DNA of 32,000 nucleotides from Candidatus Baldrarchaeum yapensis (GTDB lineage Archaea > Asgardarchaeota > Baldrarchaeia > Baldrarchaeales > Baldrarchaeaceae): NCBI GenBank assembly GCA_016840465.1, contig JAEOSH010000003.1, forward strand, positions 60,001-92,000. Reading direction: 5' to 3'. A program made the position numbers and the translations under genes. Positions 25,077 through 32,000 of the stretch are shown here, in pieces. Every line of letters begins with the position of its first letter. The stretch's first letter is position 1. The notes beneath the pieces are model-generated. The model did no database searches. It was not told where the DNA came from and saw only the letters and a list, made by a program, of their open reading frames with translations.

Positions 25077-27447
25077 TTTTCATCACCAACTCGGAACCTA
25101 TCGGACCCAACTTCTTGAGTTCTTCAACAAACTCCCTGACTATGTTTGCGAATCTCTCTCCTTCGGATGCCGAAGTGCTTGCGATTTTCAATCTGCGTGG
25201 ATTAATCCCCACATTCTCAAGATACTTTTTGAGCGCAGAAATTCGTCTCTCGGCCTTTGAAAAACCTGTCCTGTAATGGCAATCCTGAGGATGACAACCA
25301 ACCACAAGGACTCCATCAGCTCCCGCCTTAAACGCCTCTAATATCATGAGGGGACTGACCCTTGCTGTGCACATGACCCTTATCGGTCTAATGTTGGTTG
25401 GGTATTGTATTTTTGTGGTTCCTGCGAAATCAGCAGCCGCATAACCACACCAATTGCATAAGAATGCAACTATGAGGGGGAATTCGCATTTGTTTTCCAA
25501 TGTTGCATGTATTTGGGCAATTATCTGTTGATTTGTGAAGTAAGGCATATCTAACGCGCCTGTGGGACAAGCGGCAACACAGGCGCCACATCCCAAGCAG
25601 GCACTTGAGTTTATGATAACCCCTTTCTCTTTATCGAATGTCAAAGCCCCCCAATCGCAGGCCTCCTCACAAAGCCTGCATCGCTTACATAGATCTGGAT
25701 TATACGTCGGGACGTAGGGATCCAATTCTATTTTTTCGTGTAGCACAAAGTTCGCTGCATCGAGTGCGGCAGATTTGGAGTGTGCAACCGTGTCCTGAAT
25801 GTCCTTAGGACCTTGAATTGTACCCGCAATGTAAATTCCCTGTATCATGGTCTCTGAAGGGGCAAGCTTCGGATGCCGCTCGAGGAGAAACCCATCAGAG
25901 GATTGAGAAATTCCTAGCATTCGTGCCAAGTCCTCGGTATCAGAGGGAGGAACCAGTCCCACGGACAATACCACGAGATCAGCATTTATTTCCATGATTT
26001 CCCCAGTAAGCGTGTTCTCTGCTCTAACTATGAGATCATCGCCGTTTTCATTTGCGGTGACCGAACTCGCCCTACCTCTTATTATCTTTATTCCGAAATC
26101 TCTCATTGCTTTCAGCAAGAACTCCTCATACCCCTTTCCATACGTTCGTATATCCTGGAAGAGTATGAACACCTCGGCATCAGGTATCCTTTCCTTAATG
26201 CAAATAGCCTCCTTTATGCTGGCCGTACAACAGATCCTAGAACAATAGGGGTTGCCTACGCTTTCGTCCCTACTCCCAACACACTGGATGAACACGATCC
26301 TTCTGGGTTCCTTTCCGTTCGATAACCTGACCACACGTCCGCGCGTTGGGCCACTGGGGCTGAGCAACCTTTCGAGTTCTAGTGATGTTATAACATCGGG
26401 ATACCTTCCGTAGCCGTACTCGCTCTTAAGTCGGGCATCAAAGGTTTCATAACCCGTGGCCACAATAATTGCACCAACATGAATCCTTATCCTTTCTGGC
26501 GTTTGATTGAAATCTATTGCATCGCGTTCACACGCATCTTCACAGTTTCTACAACCTATGCAATGATCTGGGTCTATCACCGCGAGCAGAGGGACTGCTT
26601 GCGGAAACGGTAGATATATTGCCTTTCTTGGCCTCAGTCCCATGTCAAACTCGTTAGGGACCTCCACAGGACATGTTTTTGAACAAATTTCTATGCATCC
26701 GACGCATTTCTCCTCATTTACGTAACGTGGTCGTTTCAGTATCTCTACCTCGAAGTCCCCCGGTCTTCCCTTAATGCTTGTTACCTCCGATAACGTTAGG
26801 ACTTTTATCATAGGATGCTCCGAAACCTCGCTCATGAGAGGGGCCAGTATGCAAATTGAGCAGTCAAGAGTCGGGAAAAGCTTGTCGAGCATAGCCATAT
26901 GCCCGCCCAGCGTCGGTTGCTTTTCGACGAGATAAACCTCAATTCCGAGACTTGCAAGGGAGAGTGCAGCCGTTATTCCAGCGACTCCTCCGCCTATTAC
27001 TAGAACTCTTTTCTTCGCACGTGCGTATCTGCGCTGTATTGGGGTTAGAAGCCTTGCCTTTTCGATTCCCATCTTTATCAGAGCAATAGCCTTGTTTGTC
27101 GCGGCGGTTGGAGAATACATGTGAGGCCAAGAGCATTGTTCACGAATATTCACAAATTCTACCAGAAACGGATTCAAACCCGCCTCTTCTGCTGCTCTTC
27201 TAAAAAGTCTCTCATGAAGCCGCGGGCTGCATGCCGCTATTACAACTTTTGATAATTTTTCCTCTGCTATTTTCCTTTTCAACTCATTAAGCCCTTCCTT
27301 GCTACATAGGTACGTGTGATCCATCACGAAAACGTTGGGGGCCCTCGCTATTTCGTTTAGAACCCGCTTGATGTCTATTACTCCGGCAATGTTCGATCCG
27401 CAATGGCATATGAAAACTCCTATTTTGTCGCTGTCCATATACTTCAT
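25066..27447 (-). CDS. hdrA: HdrA-MvhD fusion (flavin-bifurcating HdrA plus C-terminal [2Fe-2S] MvhD domain)
   Basis: GVFICHCG, CSPRLHE, NIREQCSW, GGGVAG, FPTLDCSIC, inserted and C-terminal ferredoxin pairs, IQCVGSRD and CSRICC. MvhD part: FLCNWCGY, RVMCTARV, GCHPQDCHY. Confidence 0.95.
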   Translation of the reverse strand: MKYMDSDKIGVFICHCGSNIAGVIDIKRVLNEIARAPNVFVMDHTYLCSKEGLNELKRKIAEEKLSKVVIAACSPRLHERLFRRAAEEAGLNPFLVEFVNIREQCSWPHMYSPTAATNKAIALIKMGIEKARLLTPIQRRYARAKKRVLVIGGGVAGITAALSLASLGIEVYLVEKQPTLGGHMAMLDKLFPTLDCSICILAPLMSEVSEHPMIKVLTLSEVTSIKGRPGDFEVEILKRPRYVNEEKCVGCIEICSKTCPVEVPNEFDMGLRPRKAIYLPFPQAVPLLAVIDPDHCIGCRNCEDACERDAIDFNQTPERIRIHVGAIIVATGYETFDARLKSEYGYGRYPDVITSLELERLLSPSGPTRGRVVRLSNGKEPRRIVFIQCVGSRDESVGNPYCSRICCTASIKEAICIKERIPDAEVFILFQDIRTYGKGYEEFLLKAMRDFGIKIIRGRASSVTANENGDDLIVRAENTLTGEIMEINADLVVLSVGLVPPSDTEDLARMLGISQSSDGFLLERHPKLAPSETMIQGIYIAGTIQGPKDIQDTVAHSKSAALDAANFVLHEKIELDPYVPTYNPDLCKRCRLCEEACDWGALTFDKEKGVIINSSACLGCGACVAACPTGALDMPYFTNQQIIAQIHATLENKCEFPLIVAFLCNWCGYAAADFAGTTKIQYPTNIRPIRVMCTARVSPLMILEAFKAGADGVLVVGCHPQDCHYRTGFSKAERRISALKKYLENVGINPRRLKIASTSASEGERFANIVREFVEELKKLGPIGSELVMKSAG

Positions 27448-27554
27448 CTCTTGAAAATAGTGGATTGTGTGCCACCTTGTTGAAAGTAAATAAATGGAAC
27501 CATATACGTATTTCTGACACTGACCTCCGGTTCATATTCCAGAGGTGTAAGAGT

Positions 27555-28019
27555 TTGAAGCCGTCTCCTCTCGAGATATATAAACTACTTCCGAAGACAA
27601 ATTGCAAAAAATGTGGTTTGCCAAACTGTATGGCATTTGCCGTGAGATTACTGAGCGGTCAGGCAAAAATAGAGGACTGCCCCGACCTCGTAGAGAGGGA
27701 GGAGTTCAGAGAGAATTATGAAAAACTTAAGGAGTTGCTGGGAGAAAGACCAGCAGCAGAAGTATCATTACCGAGAATAGATAATGAGGAGGCATGCAAT
27801 GGATGTGGTATCTGTGTGGTGGTTTGCCCTGCGAATGCTAGGGCAGACCCGGAGGTTGGTAGCGGAAAGGGGGCATCCCGAAAGGAAGGTCTCATTTTCG
27901 TGGTTGTTAATGGAAAAGTCAAGATAATGGATATAAGTAAGTGCAGGAGACAGGAAGATTTGACAACGTGTCGTGTGTGCGAGGAGTTCTGCCCAAATAA
28001 TGTCATAAAAATAGGTTAA
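27555..28019 (+). CDS. fwdG: FwdG-like 2x[4Fe-4S] protein with an N-terminal AcsC/RnfB-type Fe-S domain
   Basis: IYKLLPKTNCKKCGLPNCMAFA, then CNGCGICVVVCPANA..PEVGSGKG and C..C.EFCP. TTG at 27555 after a GAGGTG SD (the ORF-track start at 27465 is too far upstream). Confidence 0.82.
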   Translation: MKPSPLEIYKLLPKTNCKKCGLPNCMAFAVRLLSGQAKIEDCPDLVEREEFRENYEKLKELLGERPAAEVSLPRIDNEEACNGCGICVVVCPANARADPEVGSGKGASRKEGLIFVVVNGKVKIMDISKCRRQEDLTTCRVCEEFCPNNVIKIG

Positions 28020-28041
28020 AACATAGGAGGTATGCAAAAAT

Positions 28042-29334
28042 ATGAGATCATTTCACAATGTCATATGTACGGGCTGTTCTCTCCTCTGTGATGACATACA
28101 GGTCACTGTCGAGGGCTCGCACATAAAAGAGATTTTAAACGCATGTTCAAAAGGATGCTCAAGGTTCGTTTCGGATCCAAAAGAGGGCAGATTATTGTCT
28201 CCCTTAATAAAGAGGAATGGTCGAGCCGAAAAGGCAAGCCTCGAGGACGCCGTAAAAGAGACCGTTGAAATACTAAAGACTTCCGATAGACCTCTGCTTT
28301 ATGGCTGGAGCAACTGCGTATCGGAAGCTCAAATACTGGGGATAAAAATAGCACGAAAAATCAGAGGAGCAATAGACGCAACATCCAGCTTTTGCCAAGG
28401 CGTCGTATACCTCGCAGCGTGCGAGGCAAAGGGGTATCACACAGTATCCTTGGGCGAGGTATTTAACAGAGCGGATCTACTCGTGTTTTGGGGATGTAAC
28501 CCTGCTGATGCTCATCTCAGGCACTTCAGTAGGTATACTTTCTTTCCACGTGGTAGATACAGACAAACGGGGTTTGAAGAGCGAGATAGTATCCTTATCG
28601 ACGTTAGGGAAAGCGGATCAGCAAAAATTGCAAGGACACCATTGATCATAGAGCCAGAAACTGATTACGAGTTAATACAGACAATAAGGGCGATTATTAA
28701 GGGACACGAAATTCTACATGGAAAAGTCTCCGGTGTAGACTTTGAAAAAGTAAAATCCATTGCGGATAAAATGGTCAACTCCAGATTTTGTGTAATATTC
28801 TATGGGCTGGGCCTATCCGGAACGAAAGGTACTTATAGAAACGTCTCCGCCCTTCTCTCCCTCGTTGACGACATAAACAGGAGAGGAACCCGTTGCGCAG
28901 TAATTCCTATGGCGGGGCATTTTAACATGGTTGGATTTAACAGGGTGCTCCTCGAGTTGACCGGATACCCGTATGGTGTGGACTTTCATGACGGTAGCGC
29001 TTACTGGAACCCAGGTGAAACCACCGCTTTTGATCTATTGAAAAAGGAAGAAGTCGATGCTCTCGTGGTCGTAGGTGCGGATCCTGTCTCCCACTTTCCG
29101 CGGAAAATTGCAAAGTACATATCAGAAATTCCAACTATCTACATAGGGCCTCACGTGACGCCCACCTCAGCCGTAAGCAGAGTCTCTATACCGGCGACAA
29201 TAGCCGGTATAGAACAGGAGGGGGTTGCGTATAGACTCGATGGTCTTCCGCTAAAACTTAAAAAGATAGCAGATCCGCCGGATGGCGTAATTCCCGACGT
29301 AGCCATACTTGAGGCGATCCTTAAGCGCCTATAG
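28042..29334 (+). CDS. fwdB: FwdB-like W/Mo-bis-PGD subunit with altered substrate-pocket residues
   Basis: CTGCSLLCDD...C, PLLYGWS, WGCNP..AH.RH.SRY..FPRG, GADPVSHFP, GIEQEGVAYRLDGLP. The metal-ligand Cys is in SSFCQG. Confidence 0.88.
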   Translation: MRSFHNVICTGCSLLCDDIQVTVEGSHIKEILNACSKGCSRFVSDPKEGRLLSPLIKRNGRAEKASLEDAVKETVEILKTSDRPLLYGWSNCVSEAQILGIKIARKIRGAIDATSSFCQGVVYLAACEAKGYHTVSLGEVFNRADLLVFWGCNPADAHLRHFSRYTFFPRGRYRQTGFEERDSILIDVRESGSAKIARTPLIIEPETDYELIQTIRAIIKGHEILHGKVSGVDFEKVKSIADKMVNSRFCVIFYGLGLSGTKGTYRNVSALLSLVDDINRRGTRCAVIPMAGHFNMVGFNRVLLELTGYPYGVDFHDGSAYWNPGETTAFDLLKKEEVDALVVVGADPVSHFPRKIAKYISEIPTIYIGPHVTPTSAVSRVSIPATIAGIEQEGVAYRLDGLPLKLKKIADPPDGVIPDVAILEAILKRL

Positions 29335-29356
29335 GTAACATTGCACGGGAACGAAA

Positions 29357-30319
29357 ATGAAGCTAAATCCCCCAATAAGTATTAAAGATGCTAAGAAGAT
29401 TCTGTCTGCACCGGATCAGGAGTTAAAGGCTCTCATGGAACATGCGAGGAAAGTCGCGGAGGATATCCATGGGCCGAACATTACTTTCTATGTACCAGGT
29501 AATAGCTTCCCAGCAATTTCGATAACTGGAACGAAGTGCTGGCTGCTATGTAAGCATTGTGTTGGGCATTACTTAAAGGGAATGATACCAGCAACAACTC
29601 CAGACGAGTTTCGAGAACTCTGTGTAAGACTCTGGAAAAGGGGGGCAAAGGGCTGTCTCATAAGTGGTGGTTACACACGCTTCGGTGCACTTCCAATAGA
29701 ATCTTTCTTTGAGGCAATAAAGTATGTGAAGAAAAACACAAAATTGCTACTAAATGTCCATCCCGGGTTTTTATCACGTAATTCAATAATGCGTTTGGTG
29801 CAATGCGGCATCGATGCGGCATCGATAGATGTTGTGGGAAGTGAAGAAACAACAAAACAAGTATATGGCATCAGTAAGGATCCTCAAAGCTATGATAAAT
29901 TATTATGCGAATTTAAAACGGCAGGAGTACCAATATTAGCCCCACACGTCTGTATAGGATTACATTTTGGTAAGCTACTCGGGGAACTTCATGCTCTTTC
30001 AATAATAAGGAATCATGAACCATCGGTTCTCGTATTCATAATCTTTACACCGACTCGTGGAACTCCCATGGAGGCGTGCAGTCCTCCGAACATTAAGGAT
30101 GTTATCAGGCTCATTGTAGCCGCACGTCTGATGATGCCAGGTGTTCCGATATCCCTAGGATGTATGAGACCTAAGGGAACGTATAGAAGGGTTCTAGACG
30201 AAGTGTGCATGAGGGCAGGCGTTAACAGAATAGTTATACCGAGTGGGGTTGCATTAGATGTGGCTCGCGATCTGGGCTATGAGGTGTTAAGTAAAGATTT
30301 ATGTTGTGTTTTCGCATGA
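29357..30319 (+). CDS. Biotin-synthase-like radical SAM enzyme, archaeal lipoyl synthase LipS1-type
   Basis: FPAISITG..CWLLCKHC (CxxxCxxC), GCLISGG, APHVCIGL.FG, LGCMRP and a C-terminal CC. As recalled, GC(M/A)R plus CC characterise LipS1 of the two-protein Thermococcus lipoyl synthase. Confidence 0.78.
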   Translation: MKLNPPISIKDAKKILSAPDQELKALMEHARKVAEDIHGPNITFYVPGNSFPAISITGTKCWLLCKHCVGHYLKGMIPATTPDEFRELCVRLWKRGAKGCLISGGYTRFGALPIESFFEAIKYVKKNTKLLLNVHPGFLSRNSIMRLVQCGIDAASIDVVGSEETTKQVYGISKDPQSYDKLLCEFKTAGVPILAPHVCIGLHFGKLLGELHALSIIRNHEPSVLVFIIFTPTRGTPMEACSPPNIKDVIRLIVAARLMMPGVPISLGCMRPKGTYRRVLDEVCMRAGVNRIVIPSGVALDVARDLGYEVLSKDLCCVFA

Positions 30320-30525
30320 GGCCTCGAAGACGGTTCTCCGAATAAAATAACCGCATCCGTTGGGCAAACAGCCTTACACACTCCGCATTCTAAACATGCA
30401 TCTGGTTCTTTCACAACCGCCTTTGACGGGCATCCGACAAGTTTAATTGCCGGAGGAACTGATGGACAAAGGTCTACGCACTTACCGCATCCGGAGCACT
30501 TCTCTGGTATTATGATTGGTGGCAA
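30277..30525 (-). CDS. Small 2x[4Fe-4S] ferredoxin
   Basis: CSGCGKCVDLCP and CLECGVCKAVCP. TTG start with a GAGGT SD; overlaps the radical SAM 3' end by 43 nt. Confidence 0.85.
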   Translation of the reverse strand: MPPIIIPEKCSGCGKCVDLCPSVPPAIKLVGCPSKAVVKEPDACLECGVCKAVCPTDAVILFGEPSSRPHAKTQHKSLLNTS

Positions 30526-30548
30526 GGGTTATACCTCTAATTTAAGCA

Positions 30549-31007
30549 CTACGTTTTTCCGAGAAGTTGCTTAAACTCTTTTAACAGGTCCTTGTATAGT
30601 TGCCCTCTAGAGGGAGATGGAGGAGCTTTAGGAGCTGGAGGTGGTGAGGGTTGAGGCGCTGCTGGCGGGGGTGAAGGCGTAGTGGTTTGAGAAGATTGTG
30701 TTTGTGCAGGGCTCATGGAAGCAGGTGAAGCGGATGGAGAAGGTGGAATCGTGACTTGGCTTTGAGCCCGAGGCATTGCCGGTGCTGTGGCATATTGAGG
30801 TGTAGCTTGTGGCTGGGGTGATTGTTGCGGCGATACTCTAGTTTCGAGCCCTCTCAACCTCTTCTCTATGGAATCTATCCTTTGGGAAAATTCATTGCGC
30901 ATTTCCATCATTATTTCTCCGAGTAATGGTACGATTATATTTCTAACTACCTCCAACATCTGTTCCATCACTATTTTCTGTACCCTTTTTTCTAGATCCT
31001 CGGACAT
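30549..31007 (-). CDS. Hypothetical protein: N-terminal helical/coiled-coil, Pro/Ser/Gln-rich linker, C-terminal amphipathic helix
   Basis: 152-aa ORF with an ATG start, GGAG upstream and protein-like segmental composition. It ends 23 nt before the ferredoxin start. Confidence 0.75.
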   Translation of the reverse strand: MSEDLEKRVQKIVMEQMLEVVRNIIVPLLGEIMMEMRNEFSQRIDSIEKRLRGLETRVSPQQSPQPQATPQYATAPAMPRAQSQVTIPPSPSASPASMSPAQTQSSQTTTPSPPPAAPQPSPPPAPKAPPSPSRGQLYKDLLKEFKQLLGKT

Positions 31008-31310
31008 TTATAACAGACTCCATTCACTTGGATAAGCCAGCAAACATCGATTTAATGGGGTTACTCCAACTGTAAAATATAATGCTATTCGCCTAATTAA
31101 TTTTCTCCAAGTGAACGAGATTGTAAACTGAAGAATCTGGGGCCGCTAGTAGGTAATAAGATCCAGCATTAAAGTGTCTAAATGACAAAATGAGTCGATG
31201 TGCCACCTCTTCACTTCGTAAAAATCTTTTAAAGCCGTTTGTCACAATTTCGATTTGCGCGCGGAACAACGATTGTAAAAGAAAAATAAGCAGATGCTTG
31301 GGAGTGTGAA

Positions 31311-32000
31311 ATGACGCACAAGGAATGTTTTTCACATGAAAAGCACGACATATACTCGAATTTCAAAAAATTCGAAATGTTTTCGGTCATTTATGCACCA
31401 CCAGACACCCCGTGTATTGTGAGATGTGACGGTAGAAACTTCCATCGACTGACAGATGAGGTTGGATTCTCGAAGCCGTATGACCTGAAATTCATGAAGA
31501 TAATGGTTGAAAGTGCAAAAGCCGTGTTTAAAGAGGGCTTCAACCCGATACTCGCTTATATTTTCTCGGATGAGATAAATTTCCTCTTTCGAGATCTTCC
31601 CTTTAATAGAAGAGTTGAGAAAATAGATAGCATCTTGGCAAGTATTGTAAGTAGTGCCTTCTCACTAAAATTACTTGAATCTATGAGCATTAGGAAGATA
31701 ATAAGTTTTGACGCACGTATAGTACCTCTGCCCGAAGAATTAGTACCTGCATACTTTATATGGCGGCAATCAGAATGCTGGCGGAACCTTCTAAATTCAT
31801 ACGCCTTCTATTCTCTCTTAAAACTCGGATACAGCAAAAGAAAGGCAGCAAACACACTAAAGGGTATGAAGAGCGACAAACTTCACGAAATAATATTCAA
31901 AACCTCTGGAATAAACCCGGCACGAACCCCCCTGTGGCAACGAAGAGGAGTTATGCTACACTATGTAAAAGTAATAAGACGGGCTCTTGACAAGAGGACC
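31311..32000 (+). CDS. thg1: tRNA(His) guanylyltransferase / Thg1-like 3'-5' polymerase, 3'-truncated by the window edge
   Basis: Hand translation from ATG 31311 (GGAGTG SD) is open to the window end: IVRCDGRNFHRLT..GFSKPYD, FSDEINFLF, FNRRVEKI, SFDARIV, WRQSECWRN, WQRRG. It is absent from the ORF track because there is no stop in the window. Confidence 0.93.
   Translation, partial: MTHKECFSHEKHDIYSNFKKFEMFSVIYAPPDTPCIVRCDGRNFHRLTDEVGFSKPYDLKFMKIMVESAKAVFKEGFNPILAYIFSDEINFLFRDLPFNRRVEKIDSILASIVSSAFSLKLLESMSIRKIISFDARIVPLPEELVPAYFIWRQSECWRNLLNSYAFYSLLKLGYSKRKAANTLKGMKSDKLHEIIFKTSGINPARTPLWQRRGVMLHYVKVIRRALDKRT

Noticed and set aside
5201-27554. ORF-track starts at 5201, 6091, 13581, 14393 and 27465
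   Set aside because: They lie upstream of better SD-supported starts and add extensions unlike the families' usual N-termini.
28042-29334. FwdB/D/G acting as a formate dehydrogenase donor for HdrA-MvhD
   Set aside because: This was attractive given the altered FwdA and missing FwdC, but the formate-pocket His and Arg are themselves substituted.
20181-29334. Selenocysteine recoding in HdrA, MvhD or FwdB
   Set aside because: The ORFs are full length with Cys codons at the relevant sites and no in-frame TGA.
31093-31335. 80-aa minus-strand ORF
   Set aside because: No recognisable motif, and it overlaps the thg1 start and SD region on the opposite strand. It cannot be supported without homology.
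1-32000. CRISPR array, rRNA, IS elements
   Set aside because: No regularly spaced repeats, rRNA-like segments or transposase motifs were seen on reading.

Overview
Archaeal, probably thermophilic, anaerobe: E/K-rich proteins, GGTG/GGAGG Shine-Dalgarno sites, a tRNA with a BHB intron. The lineage cannot be fixed from this window; a TACK or Asgard group is plausible. The left end is housekeeping: glyS (5'-truncated), a stand-alone double-psi beta-barrel protein, a beta-CASP RNase, a Get3/ArsA ATPase and an orphan A-ATPase H+E pair. About 25 kb is a dense bioenergetic cluster. (1) A complex-I-like group 4 [NiFe]-hydrogenase, split into J/J'/K/L/N-type and A/B/C/D/H/I halves by an opposite-strand gcvH-like - lplA - hdrC - hdrB - DUF2096-like cluster. 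(2) A methanogenesis-marker-2-like gene, tRNA-Arg(CCG) and a GNAT. (3) A second hdrCB, fwdD/A-like, hdrA-mvhD fusion coupled to fwdF, fwdG/B-like, a LipS1-type radical SAM enzyme and a ferredoxin. The right end has a coiled-coil/Pro-rich orphan and Thg1 (3'-truncated, missed by the ORF track). The strongest signal is that the Fwd-like subunits keep their fold and metal-anchoring residues but have swapped the residues that perform CO2/formate chemistry (FwdB Cys-His to Cys-Gln and RGH to AGH; FwdA carbamylated Lys to Tyr and His to Glu; FwdD motif altered; no fwdC in the window). They sit with an intact-looking bifurcating HdrA, two HdrBC pairs and lipoylation genes. This suggests a repurposed Fwd-Hdr complex, possibly using a lipoylated carrier as its disulfide. 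Reference residues are recalled from memory and aligned by eye. No mobile element or CRISPR array was seen.
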